Notes under the pieces: model-generated
Database searches by the model: none
The model's input: the letters and a program-made list of their open reading frames with translations, nothing else
Told to the model about the DNA's origin: nothing
Translations under genes and position numbers: made by a program
Shown here: one piece after another, positions 11,434 through 22,476 of the stretch
Numbering within the stretch: the first letter of the stretch is position 1
Layout of the letters: each line of letters starts with the position of its first letter
Source: Histomonas meleagridis 2922-C6/04-290x
Taxonomy: Eukaryota; Protista; Parabasalia
DNA: 64,000 nucleotides
Reading direction: 5' to 3'
Assembly (NCBI GenBank): GCA_020184695.1
Contig: JAANOX010000081.1
Coordinates: forward strand, 1-64,000

Positions 11434-14400
11434 ATGAACCTAAAATCAAGAAGAAGAAGCTCATTTCAATCTCAAGATACTTCTGATCCTATTTATGAAA
11501 TATTCAGCTCAATAAAGGACCTTCAAGGTGCAGTTCAAGATTCGTCTTTAGATTCTGATGATTCATATTTTAACCAAATTCCAAAAATTACTGCAGAGCA
11601 ATTCTTTAGTTTTGATCCTGAAAATTTCCAATGGTTTTTTAACTACAGGAGTAATAGTCCTAGAATAATTTTAAACTTATTAGATTTTTATGAACGAAAA
11701 CCTGTTCAAATTTCTGGTGCCCTTGTTATATTATATGAAGCTACTTCTTTTTTGCTTTCTGATAATGAACATGATGAAAAAGATCTTATCAATATCATAA
11801 AAGCATTAACATTATGTCTTACAATTCCAGAGAAACAATCGCTTACTACCTATATTTTCTCAGAGATTGTTAAAAAAGAGACCAAGATCCGATTTTTCTC
11901 AGATGAGTTACTTGAACATATATGGGATCACATCAAGCTCAACAAAACCATCCAATTTGATGACTTCCATGAATCCTTTAAGTCAATCATTGAATTTACC
12001 TTATCTAAGAAAGATGAACATTTAAATCAATTAATGTTAGAAACCTTTTTATTATGTTATAATGAGAATCGCGACATAATTCAAAAGTTTCAAATATCGG
12101 AATTTCCATTTCTACAATATTTTCTTTATGAATTTGATCCCACAGCTCTAAAATTATTTCGAATCTTTTCCAATTCTAAGACACGAAATGAACAATTTGT
12201 TAAAGACACATATTCAGAATTTCCACAACATATAACAGAACACATAAAGAAGTTAAACAAATTCGAAATATTTGATACAAATATTGAAGAAGAATATTCG
12301 AATTCATTTCCTATTCAATTTTCTAATAACAAAAGTATGTTTATAAAGAAAACACATAATTCATTTGAAAATGGAATTGGATATTATCCGGACATGTTAT
12401 ATGAAATCAACGAACCAATTTCCAATAAATATAATAATTTTTTGGAAACATTAAAAGAATTTTTATGTAAGTCAAATCCCGAAAACATTCGAATTTTTAT
12501 AAAAGAATTTTCGAATGTATTAAAAAATGATTTTAATTATGATATATTTTCAGTGTATTTAACTATTATCGGTATGACTAATGTTAATAATATTATACAA
12601 GAAGAAATAGATACTATTAAACGACCAGAGTTTTTTAAGCCAACAAATACCATTTTTTATGAGAAATCAATGAACAAATTAATACATAATTTTCGTAATG
12701 AAATATTAAACTTATTTGTAAAAAAAGATTATGAAAATATATTGATACAACCTCGAACACAAACATCACTTTTATTAACAGAATATATTTGTCGAATATC
12801 ATTAATGAAAGATTTCTCATTTGATAAAATCGATATTAATACTAAACGAACAATTTGTGAGTTATCAATACAATTACAAAATTATGATGTTAACTTTCAT
12901 AGCGAAGAATTAATTAAAGCACGAAACGCATTGTTTTTATTTATCTTTAAAATGTTACAAAGTGATTTCATTAATACACTTGATGTAGGATTATTTTATC
13001 AATTTATATATGAAGAAGAAATTACTGATAAAATATTATATATCATTTCGAAATGTTATGTTAATTGTCAAGTTCAAAAAACAGATTTTTTACCATTTAT
13101 TAAATATTTTAATCAAGTATTAATTGATTGTGATGAGAAACAATCGAATCCGAATAATACAATATTATTATATAAAATAACTAAATTAATTATAAACATA
13201 ATACAACAAAATTTGGAATTAGTTGATAAGTTACAAGAAATAATACAATTATTATTTCATATTCATGAAAATATTTCTACAAATGAAATATTTGATTTAA
13301 TGTTTGATTTATTATTATGTTGTTCTAATGTTAATAAGAATTTTATACCACCATTACCATTTACAATGAATATGATTAATTTCTTAAGGAATAATGATAA
13401 AAATAATAAAGTTATTTTATTAATAATGATGTTAATTACTAATTCGAATCAATATTCATTAAATAAAAATCAAATTTATTTAATAGAAAGACCACAATTT
13501 TTAATATATTTGTTATTATATTTAAATGATAATAATGAATGTAAAAAAGAATTTTTAAAGTTAATGAAATTCTCATTAATATCTGTTTATAATTTATATC
13601 AATTATATACTGCTAAAATTGATCAAATCTTATTAAAGTTTTTAAGTTATAATGAAGAAATTAAAAGTTTTAATTTTAATGGTTATGATTTATATCTTAA
13701 TTTTACATATGAAGAACAAAAACTTTATATTATTCCATTATTAATTGAAATGAATAAATTATTTTCATCATATTCATTTGTATATAATTCGATTATATAT
13801 TCTAAAGATAATATAAATATAATTAATATGTTTAATAACTTGATTAAAAATAATGAAGAAAATTATTTTATTTCTACATATCCAACATATACATCGATTA
13901 TAGGTATTACACATGAATTTTTTAATTCACAAGATTTCATTATTACTTTTGACTTTAATATTGATACATATTTATTCCAATTAACTAAAAGTCAAATTAA
14001 TATATTAACTATTAATGATTCTAAAAAGAATTCGATACAATTTTATTTATTATATCCACATTTATATTTTAAAATAGAAAATAATTTCCATTTCGAAAAA
14101 AGTATAATGAATGTATTTGATGAAATAGAACGTAAAATTAATGATTCTTCAAATATAACTATAAAAAATAAATATCAAAAGTTTTGGAATCAATTATTTT
14201 TATGTTATAATACTAAAGAACAACGTTTTACTATTAAAGTTAATAATATTAATCGATTAGAAATAAAAATTAATAAGAAATTTAATTTCTCATCTAAAGA
14301 TGATTTACAAATACAAATTAGTAATTCAACATTACCTACGAATTCATTTATATGTGGAATCATAAAAAATATTCGATTTAAATCAACAGAAATTAAAAGT

Positions 14401-17400
14401 TTTCAACAAAATAATAATTTATTTGAATACACAAAACCTTTTATTAAATGGTTTAATAATATTAAATTAGTGAATAAATATTTAAATTCATTATTAATTA
14501 ATATGAATTTAGAATATTTATCATTATTAAAACAAATTTTCGAGAAAAATGAATTAATTCAAGAATTATTTACTGAAGAAATGTGTAATAAACTTTTAAT
14601 CTTTGTTGAGAAATTAGAAAAATATTCAACAGAAGTATATTTCATATTATATTCCATATATTTAACTATAAATAATAAAGAATTAAAGAAGTTTTTCTTT
14701 GAGAATTTAATATTTAATTTCGATTTATTAACTAAATGTGATAGTCCTAATATAATATTTAATCATTGGAATACAACGATGTTAATAACATCACAAAAGA
14801 TAATAAAGAAAAAGTCATATTTTAAGTCATTTTTATTATTTTTACAAAACAATTATTTAATATTTAATAATTCACATGAAGTTATACAAAACATTTTAGT
14901 TCAATTATCATATTATAAGTTTAATGAAGATGATTCCAAAATATTATTTAAATCATTATTAACATCGAAGACAGATGAATTGTTTATCTTTTATTTACAA
15001 ATCATTATACAATTATCATTAGCTAAACATAAAATATTATTTAAGAAATATATACCAGAAATACGAAAACAATTCACCGAAATGGTAAACTTAAATAAAA
15101 TTAATATTTTAACATTATTAATTCCGACAATATTAGTATTATCACAACCAGATTCATTTAAAGATTCATTAGTATTCTCGAATTATTTTAATAATAAAAT
15201 GGATTTAAACCCATTTTTATTTAAAGCTTTAATCTCACAAATCGAAGAATATACAGATTTGTTTCCAATATGTTGTAACTTAGCATTATATGAAGAAGAT
15301 CCTAAAAATATATCATTTGATAATAATTGGAATATTACATTTTTATCCGAATTAACTCAAAATGAACATTGGTATATATGGCCAATATTATTATTATTAT
15401 ATATTGATAATGATAAAAAACCTTTATTAATATATATAATGATTGGCTTCATTAATAAAATGAAAAATCCTTTCGAACAAGTTCAAGATATTATATATTT
15501 ATTATTATTTTTATCGGAATATTCTAAAAATAAAACAAATGAATTAGATTTATTATTCGAAGCATTAATTAAAAATGAAATATTTTTCTCAAATTATTTC
15601 GAGAAATTATTAACATTAATATTAATAACTCATATATTCCAATTAACTTGTCCAATATTTAATCATAATGTCGAATTAATTAATAGTTATAAGTCATCAA
15701 TATTTAATCAATTTTCACCTGAAATTGATTTTTCGACTTTTACTTTATTACCAGAATTTGAGAAAAATCAAATTCGAAATATTAATGACTTAAAACTATT
15801 TTGTAAACATGTAAAAGATTTAATACAAGAAAACAAAATTCGTTTTGTCTTTCATTTTAATATAACAAATTCTTTATATAAATTAATACAACAATTAGAT
15901 ATACCACAAAATTATCAATATTTACAACTTTTTAACATGTTGTTTAAAAAAGAAAAGATTAATAATAAAGATAAAACATTTTTCGAAATGATTGAAAACT
16001 TACAAAAAGATTTTACAAAGAATTTTATTAATTTCATTAAAGATAAATTCGAATATATCTCTAAGAATATTGATGAAGCAACAAAAATGAATTATAAAAC
16101 TAAATCATTAAACTCAACTGATAATTTATTCTTAGAGAAAAATGAAGAAATACAATTAGTTAAACCTAAAATCAATGAAATGAATAAAGATAATAATAAG
16201 GTTGAAATTCGGAGTTCGATTTTTATTCATAATTATCCATTTTTATTAGAAGAAATTAAACAAAAGAATATCAATGAAATGAAATTAAAAGATATTCCTA
16301 ATAATTCTAATTGTGTCTTAAAGATATTTGATCATTCGATTAAATGTATTTTTAAAATCGAAAGTTCATTATTCATAATTGAAACATTAAATAATAAAAT
16401 TATTGTTAACTTTAATGATATCATTATTATATATAAAAAATCAAAATATTCACTTGAAATATTTACTAAAACACAAAAATGTTATTATTTAAATTTCTCA
16501 ACTAATAATAAAAATTATTCACGTATTATATCAAAATTCCCCGAAAATTTATTTGGGAAAATACATTCTTTTTATTCTAATTTCGATTTCATATTACATT
16601 TGAATTATTTAAATGATAAAACTTTTAATGATTTTACACAATATCCAATTTTCCCAAATATTATATCATTAGAGAATGAAAACAATTTAACAATTAAAGT
16701 TAGTAATAATAATTCTAAAAGTACAATATTAACATATTCATTTTGGAACTTACCAATCAACAAAATACCTCAAAATAATATAACTCAATTAATGCGTAAT
16801 AATCAATTATTATCACCTGAATTTTATACATTACCCGAATTATTTAATACTTCAATATTACCAAATTGGGCACAAAATGATTCATTTTATTTCGTATATA
16901 CATTACGTAAAATTTTGGAATCACCAAATATCACTGAATCATTATTAATATGGATCGAACAAACTTGGGGTAATAACACATCGAAATATTTACAAAAAGA
17001 AATTAAACAAATATCACAAGAATTTAATTATAAAATCCCAAATAATATTAAACTATTAAATGGATATTGTTCAGATAATATAATTTGGTATATTAATGAA
17101 ATCGGAAAAATTATATTTCAGCCGATTTTAATTAATGAAAATAATATTTGTTTGTATGAAAAGCCTCAAGAATATCAAATAGATATTAATGAAATTAATA
17201 ATAACATTAAATTTAATAATGATTCATTTGTTGTATATAATTCACAAAGTTTTTCATTTTCGATTTTCTCGAAATTGAATCGAAATTTGATTTCGAATAT
17301 TTTAATGTATAATAAAAATTTGTTTTGTCATTATGATGATGATGAAATATTTTATTCACCTGAATCAAGTTTAATTATGTCGACAAAAAGTAATAAAATT

Positions 17401-17919
17401 ATTTATTGTAAATCCGCAATTTCTTCATTTAACGTAAGTAAACAATTCCAACGAATTGTGATCTCAACAATTGACGGATTATTACACATATATAATATTA
17501 ATGAAATGAAATTAATTAAAACAATTAATATATATGACGTGGCACAAAAAATCATTGTGACTGACGGATTCGGATTAATTGTTGTTCTTTTGTACCGGAA
17601 AATTCTCGTGATCTCTCCAAACGGTAACAAAATTAGAGAAGTGATCACAACAGCAAATTATACATTCATGAAATCTTTCACTATTAAAGGAATCGACTTC
17701 ATTGGATATATCGATAACAACACTGACGTTGGAATGTTCGAAGCTTTTGACCCAAATAATATATGTTACACATGCGCACAAAATGGGGCATTGTCATTAC
17801 ACTACGCACAGGAAAGAAATTGCTTGGTAATATTAACAATTTCAGGCTTAGTTAAGGTGAAAAAATTGGACATGGGAAGGCTGTTTAAAGTTTTGGATGA
17901 ATCGAATATGTATCAATAA
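11434..17919 (+). CDS. Large BEACH (beige)-like domain protein with degenerate WD40 C-terminus
   Basis: 2161-aa ORF. SNFDFILHLNYLNDKTFNDFTQYPIFP, LSPEFYTLPELF and LPNWA...LRKILES...WIEQTWG match BEACH motifs. A beta-strand-rich WD-like tail follows. Confidence 0.8.
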   Translation: MNLKSRRRSSFQSQDTSDPIYEIFSSIKDLQGAVQDSSLDSDDSYFNQIPKITAEQFFSFDPENFQWFFNYRSNSPRIILNLLDFYERKPVQISGALVILYEATSFLLSDNEHDEKDLINIIKALTLCLTIPEKQSLTTYIFSEIVKKETKIRFFSDELLEHIWDHIKLNKTIQFDDFHESFKSIIEFTLSKKDEHLNQLMLETFLLCYNENRDIIQKFQISEFPFLQYFLYEFDPTALKLFRIFSNSKTRNEQFVKDTYSEFPQHITEHIKKLNKFEIFDTNIEEEYSNSFPIQFSNNKSMFIKKTHNSFENGIGYYPDMLYEINEPISNKYNNFLETLKEFLCKSNPENIRIFIKEFSNVLKNDFNYDIFSVYLTIIGMTNVNNIIQEEIDTIKRPEFFKPTNTIFYEKSMNKLIHNFRNEILNLFVKKDYENILIQPRTQTSLLLTEYICRISLMKDFSFDKIDINTKRTICELSIQLQNYDVNFHSEELIKARNALFLFIFKMLQSDFINTLDVGLFYQFIYEEEITDKILYIISKCYVNCQVQKTDFLPFIKYFNQVLIDCDEKQSNPNNTILLYKITKLIINIIQQNLELVDKLQEIIQLLFHIHENISTNEIFDLMFDLLLCCSNVNKNFIPPLPFTMNMINFLRNNDKNNKVILLIMMLITNSNQYSLNKNQIYLIERPQFLIYLLLYLNDNNECKKEFLKLMKFSLISVYNLYQLYTAKIDQILLKFLSYNEEIKSFNFNGYDLYLNFTYEEQKLYIIPLLIEMNKLFSSYSFVYNSIIYSKDNINIINMFNNLIKNNEENYFISTYPTYTSIIGITHEFFNSQDFIITFDFNIDTYLFQLTKSQINILTINDSKKNSIQFYLLYPHLYFKIENNFHFEKSIMNVFDEIERKINDSSNITIKNKYQKFWNQLFLCYNTKEQRFTIKVNNINRLEIKINKKFNFSSKDDLQIQISNSTLPTNSFICGIIKNIRFKSTEIKSFQQNNNLFEYTKPFIKWFNNIKLVNKYLNSLLINMNLEYLSLLKQIFEKNELIQELFTEEMCNKLLIFVEKLEKYSTEVYFILYSIYLTINNKELKKFFFENLIFNFDLLTKCDSPNIIFNHWNTTMLITSQKIIKKKSYFKSFLLFLQNNYLIFNNSHEVIQNILVQLSYYKFNEDDSKILFKSLLTSKTDELFIFYLQIIIQLSLAKHKILFKKYIPEIRKQFTEMVNLNKINILTLLIPTILVLSQPDSFKDSLVFSNYFNNKMDLNPFLFKALISQIEEYTDLFPICCNLALYEEDPKNISFDNNWNITFLSELTQNEHWYIWPILLLLYIDNDKKPLLIYIMIGFINKMKNPFEQVQDIIYLLLFLSEYSKNKTNELDLLFEALIKNEIFFSNYFEKLLTLILITHIFQLTCPIFNHNVELINSYKSSIFNQFSPEIDFSTFTLLPEFEKNQIRNINDLKLFCKHVKDLIQENKIRFVFHFNITNSLYKLIQQLDIPQNYQYLQLFNMLFKKEKINNKDKTFFEMIENLQKDFTKNFINFIKDKFEYISKNIDEATKMNYKTKSLNSTDNLFLEKNEEIQLVKPKINEMNKDNNKVEIRSSIFIHNYPFLLEEIKQKNINEMKLKDIPNNSNCVLKIFDHSIKCIFKIESSLFIIETLNNKIIVNFNDIIIIYKKSKYSLEIFTKTQKCYYLNFSTNNKNYSRIISKFPENLFGKIHSFYSNFDFILHLNYLNDKTFNDFTQYPIFPNIISLENENNLTIKVSNNNSKSTILTYSFWNLPINKIPQNNITQLMRNNQLLSPEFYTLPELFNTSILPNWAQNDSFYFVYTLRKILESPNITESLLIWIEQTWGNNTSKYLQKEIKQISQEFNYKIPNNIKLLNGYCSDNIIWYINEIGKIIFQPILINENNICLYEKPQEYQIDINEINNNIKFNNDSFVVYNSQSFSFSIFSKLNRNLISNILMYNKNLFCHYDDDEIFYSPESSLIMSTKSNKIIYCKSAISSFNVSKQFQRIVISTIDGLLHIYNINEMKLIKTINIYDVAQKIIVTDGFGLIVVLLYRKILVISPNGNKIREVITTANYTFMKSFTIKGIDFIGYIDNNTDVGMFEAFDPNNICYTCAQNGALSLHYAQERNCLVILTISGLVKVKKLDMGRLFKVLDESNMYQ

Positions 17920-18437
17920 AAAGAAAATTAAAAAAAAAAAATTCTGTGTTACATGCTTCATGAGGCTTAAACTTATTGATTTTCTTCTAACTAAATGGAA
18001 TAATTACACTACATACACTAATTTAATTGAAAACACTTTCAAATTCATTACATATTTAATTGTTGGTAAGGATAAAACCGTTTATTTTATCGATAAAATC
18101 TGATAACGATAGAATATCGATAAAGTTTTTAACGTTTATCAGCAGTTTATCGATGAATCTGAGCTCAACTTAATTGTCGTGTGATCAAAATGAATTCAAA
18201 AATTTGAATGTTCAGTAGTTAAATAACTGTCTCAAATTTTTCTGTGGATACCGATGAATAAATGACACTTTTAGGCAATTGCCAGCATAACCGCTAACTA
18301 CCTTCAATCGATTGAAAAGAGATGTCACTTTTTTGACAGTCACGGTTATGACGAAATAATCGTTTTAAACTTTTTGAACGAACGTTCTATTTTAACCCCT
18401 ACAGCTAACCGCAAGCATTCAAAATTTTGTCAAATTC

Positions 18438-18445
18438 AACGGTTT
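18438..18445 (+). promoter_or_regulatory. M3-like (Myb-type) core promoter element
   Basis: AACGGTTT fits the Trichomonas M3 consensus and ends 15 nt upstream of the ATG at 18461. Confidence 0.4.
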
Positions 18446-18460
18446 TGACATTAAATCCAC

Positions 18461-19279
18461 ATGGTCTTAAAGTTAGCAGAATTCCCCGAATCAAAGCAAA
18501 TACCATATTTCTTCATTTACTGCTTCATTGCAAACCTAAGAACAAATGAGTTGATCGATAAAGCATTTGATTATGCATATAAAAAATATTGGATTTTCTA
18601 TGACCAACTTATTGAATCGGGCGATAATATTATTCATTCTCTTTGTAAACACTTTGGAACAGAAAGGATGTCGGACAGCGAATATGTTATACGTGAAAAG
18701 AAATTAGGTTATCCAGTTATTTATTCACCCGATTTTTATTACACGATTTATGATCCAACAGTTGGAATTGCAGACAACTTTCTAATAACTAACGAAAAGA
18801 ACTTTCTAATAACTAACGAAAAGAACTTTTTAATAACTAATAACGAAAAGAACTTTCTAATAACTAATAACGAAAAGAACTTTCTAATAACTAATAACGA
18901 AAAGAACTTTCTAATAACTAATGACGATGATTCTTATTATATCAAGAGAGATCGTAAAAATTTCCATGAATATACCACAGTAGGAAAATCAACAGAATTT
19001 TCCACAGCACTTGAAAAGTTGGGAGAAAAGCTTGGCGTTTACATTGATCCCAATGTAAATTATGAATTCAAACCAATTCCAAAATGTAATTATGGAAGAG
19101 CAGGAAATATTGTTTACACAGCTTACTACAGTTCAAATGCACATCGTGCTGGAATTTGTCATCATAAGTATGGTGATGAAGAATGCATTTTAGCGGATCA
19201 AGTTTCTGGAGGTCAATGGCATATTGTATACATCGAAGATCCATCAATGAGCGATGGTTATTACCCATACTGCGCTTAA
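18461..19279 (+). CDS. Hypothetical protein with internal NFLIT(N)NEK tandem repeat
   Basis: 272-aa ATG-to-TAA ORF with a promoter-like motif upstream. No family recognised. Confidence 0.7.
   Translation: MVLKLAEFPESKQIPYFFIYCFIANLRTNELIDKAFDYAYKKYWIFYDQLIESGDNIIHSLCKHFGTERMSDSEYVIREKKLGYPVIYSPDFYYTIYDPTVGIADNFLITNEKNFLITNEKNFLITNNEKNFLITNNEKNFLITNNEKNFLITNDDDSYYIKRDRKNFHEYTTVGKSTEFSTALEKLGEKLGVYIDPNVNYEFKPIPKCNYGRAGNIVYTAYYSSNAHRAGICHHKYGDEECILADQVSGGQWHIVYIEDPSMSDGYYPYCA
18776..18921 (+). repeat. In-frame coding tandem repeat, 21/24-nt units
   Basis: Six near-identical AACTTTCTAATAACT units separated by (AAT)AACGAAAAG. Confidence 0.95.
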
Positions 19280-19975
19280 CCTCATTAAAAACTGATTTAA
19301 GAAACTTTTAAAAAATTTATTTCTCGATTCAAAAAGTGAATATTCTTCGAAAATAAACTATTCAAAAACTTTCAAAATTTGAGCAGATTTTAATACTTTA
19401 CAAAAAATTGGATCCAATGAGTTTTCTGTGGACATTTTTGGAATTCTCTAATTCGAATAATGTTTCCTAAACCCACTAACAAATTTTTTTTTTTTTTAAA
19501 TATCCTATTCATAAAATAATAAATAGAAGTCGTGCCCACAACTCTTTTTCTCTTCTTCGTGAATCACTTAATGGTAATCCTACCCTTGTGGCTAAGGCTG
19601 GTGATACTATCTATAATCCAATAGAATGTATTTCATAAAATCCATCAATTCGAACAATGTTATTTAAGTTTAATGATGTTTCGAAATTTCAAAAACAAAT
19701 TGTTTTTCTAAATAAGTATTATCATTGATTTGTTATCTGAAATCATCTAAATCTGAGTATAAAACTGAGAAGAAAAAATTTCTTTGGGCTTATAGTATAT
19801 CGATTCCTTAATCAAAATGTACGAAAGTTATTATAAATCATTTCTCAATAATAAATGATGTCATCAATGAATATGAAGTGGAAAACTGTCAATTGTAGTT
19901 CTTTATAGCATTTCACGATTCAAAATAATTTACAAAAAAATAAAACAAAGATTTCGTCCAAAAATGTTTTTTACT

Positions 19976-20392
19976 TTAAGCCATTTCGTTGGCAAGATTC
20001 ATAGCTTCAACTTCCTCTGGAAGACGAACATATGCCTTCTTAAGGAACTTAGGGGTGATAAGTGTCTTGACGCTCACTGGCTTAACATGATAAAGACGAT
20101 TAATAGCAGCTGCAATTTCTGGTTTCTTGGCACGAATATCAACATAGAAGGTCATTGTGTTTTCATCTTCAAGCTTACGTGATGCTTTATCTGATGTAAC
20201 TGGACCTTTGATGATCTTGTAATCATTACGTTTTAATGAAACTGGTTGAACTGCTTTATGTTCGTATTGTGGCTTCTTTGCTGGAATAGAAGCCTTTGGC
20301 TTTTGGAATTTCTTGAAGTTCCTTGTCTTCTTAATTTGCTTTTTTTGGCCTTGTTCTGCTGCTTTTGCTGCTGCTTCGGCTTTTCCAGACAT
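19976..20392 (-). CDS. RPL23A: 60S ribosomal protein L23a (uL23)
   Basis: YKIIKGPVTSDKASRKLEDENTMTFYVDIRAKKPEI...VKTLITP...KKAYVRL matches uL23, preceded by a Lys/Ala-rich N-terminal extension. Confidence 0.95.
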   Translation of the reverse strand: MSGKAEAAAKAAEQGQKKQIKKTRNFKKFQKPKASIPAKKPQYEHKAVQPVSLKRNDYKIIKGPVTSDKASRKLEDENTMTFYVDIRAKKPEIAAAINRLYHVKPVSVKTLITPKFLKKAYVRLPEEVEAMNLANEMA

Positions 20393-20394
20393 TA

Positions 20395-20414
20395 AAAGGC
20401 ATGACCAAACCGCT
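20395..20414 (-). promoter_or_regulatory. M3 + M5 core promoter of RPL23A
   Basis: Minus strand AGCGGTTT-ggtcatg-CCTTT-ta-ATG. M3 and M5 (CCTTT) are described core elements of T. vaginalis. Confidence 0.75.
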
Positions 20415-20639
20415 TTTTCAATTCAATCGGTAATAACTTTTTAAGAGTATAAATGACCATTTATTTCTGCTGCTTGCGTGAAGGCACAATTTTCATTGCT
20501 CACATTAATCAGTGTGAGTACATATCTATTATAATAAAAAATAACATTCACGCATACAACTATTTTGGTCTTTTCTTTTGATTGTGCATTAGATCTGTGA
20601 ATATAAAGATTTTTAGGACTTTACAAGTTGTTGTTCCTT

Positions 20640-20830
20640 TATTTTATAAGTGCTGTTCGTCATAATTTTATTATATTCCAAATCTTTTATTTTGAAAATT
20701 GATATTAATTTCATCTTTTTTCAAGAAACATTTTGATGATTTCAGCACCACAATTTTCAGCTGCAAGCATGAATGCTATTTCAAAGAATTTGAACAATTT
20801 TTAGATAAAATTTTTTTAATTTAATTAAAT
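20640..20830 (-). pseudogene. Ankyrin repeat relic preceded by an insert-like 3' end
   Basis: Minus strand AATTGTTCAAATTCTTTGAA|ATAGCATTCATG gives FEIAFMLAAEN-GAEIIKMFLEK.EININ. The upstream AT-rich stretch resembles the end of insert E. Confidence 0.55.
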
Positions 20831-21188
20831 GATATTATTTTTATTATATCAAGATATTTTTATTTTATAAATCACTTTTTGAATAGGATATAGTGACGGT
20901 TTTGACGAAATGCCCTCAAAAAGTTTCTGTGAGTTTTCCAGATTTCCTATAAAAAAATTGATATACAATTGAATTGGAAATCCAATCATTTTATTAGCAA
21001 ACCATATTAAAATAAAAACAAAAATAACATAAAACACAGAGATGGTTTTATTTATATTAATTATACATTGTATATATATTATAAATTTAAATTTTCTAAG
21101 GGATCACTGGGGTATTTTTTTTTGTCACCCATTCTCTTTTTTTCTGTTCATATCGTTTTGAGCACCTTCCCATTTTGTTCAATTTCCA

Positions 21189-22340
21189 ATGATGACCAAT
21201 GTGACTAATATCATAAACACAGTAGATAAAAATTTGAATAATTTACCAACCTGCTTGAAATTCCTAATTGAGCTTGAGAAAAATATATTCAGTTTAACAG
21301 AAGAAAACTTCCAGCCGTCCGTAAAAAAAATATTGGAATTATTCGATTCAAATTATCCCTGTACATTTAATACTATTATAAGTAACATCGTTTATAATGC
21401 ATTTTCATCACAAAAACATGAATTTGATATTTACTTAAATTTTTTAAAAGCACTTCAAACTAAAGAAGAAGAAATTAATAAAAATATCTTTCAACTAATA
21501 TCAATTTTTATCAAACGTATATCTACATTCAGCACACAAGAATCATATTATTTAATCGAGAAACTAATTGAACAAAATTTGGTTGATAAAAGTATTACCA
21601 AAAATATTCATTCAAAATATTTTGCTCATTATAAAACAGAAGAAGAAAACCCAAACCAAAAAAAATTTTTATTTGGATCTAATGGAAATGATCCAAAAGT
21701 AAAATACTTTTTGGATAATTATGAAGAACCATCAAAGAATGATTGGGAACTTCATAAGAAATATATTCAAGAAGGAGCTAATCCAAATGAAATTGCGAAA
21801 ATAATTCGATCTGATGAAATGTAGAAAATACAGGTAAGTATGCAGTTGCAGGTGGAAATGTAGAAATCATTCATTTGTGTGAACAAAATCATTCTTTATT
21901 TGATAAAGCATATGAAACAGCAATAGAATTTCATCAAAATGATATCTTTAAATATATTTATGATAATAAATTAGAAAAAATACAATCAAAGCCAAAAATG
22001 TCTAAAGTCACACATTATTTGGTCGATCTTTGTATTCAAAAAGATAATTATGATATTTTAGCATTTTTGGAAGAAAAAGGAATTGATATTAATGCTTGTA
22101 ATATAAATGAATCAGCAATAAATGGAAATTTATATCTTGTTAAATGTTTCCTTCAAAATAATCAGATTCCAAAAAATATTTTGCCATTTGCTTCAAAATC
22201 AGGAAATGTTGAACTTGTGAAATATATTTTAGATAAAGAAGGAATTTTATATATTTTTTAATAATTTGGAATATGTTTTAATAATTTTATATATGTTTTA
22301 ATATTTTGAAACAGCACTTCAAATTGCAAGTAAATATGAA
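21189..22340 (+). pseudogene. DUF3447-type ankyrin-repeat gene copy 3 (internal deletion, stop)
   Basis: ORFs 21189-21824 and 21875-22261 parallel copy 1 (QESYYLIEKL, EGANPNEIAKII, AYETAIEFHQND, ILPFASKSGNVELVKY). They are followed by 20-nt units and FETALQIAS. Confidence 0.75.
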
Positions 22341-22476
22341 TTTTTTTTGATAATGATTAATATATATTTTTTGTTTATAGACTACTTTTTTGAGATTATA
22401 TTCTCTGATGTAATGCACATTGCTATTTTCAAAGAATTATTGGGTATAAACACAAGATTAGAAGGTCAGTCTTCTT

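Noticed and set aside
18788-18799. ACTAACGAAAAG resembling the trichomonad branch-point/3' splice motif ACTAACACACAG
   Set aside because: It lies inside an uninterrupted in-frame coding repeat (T-N-E-K) with no credible 5' splice site upstream.
21834-21839. CAG|GTAAGT 5' splice site
   Set aside because: It reads as T-G-K-Y-A-V-A-G-G, the conserved coding motif seen in the paralogues. The break just upstream is better explained as a deletion, and no ACTAAC..AG acceptor follows.
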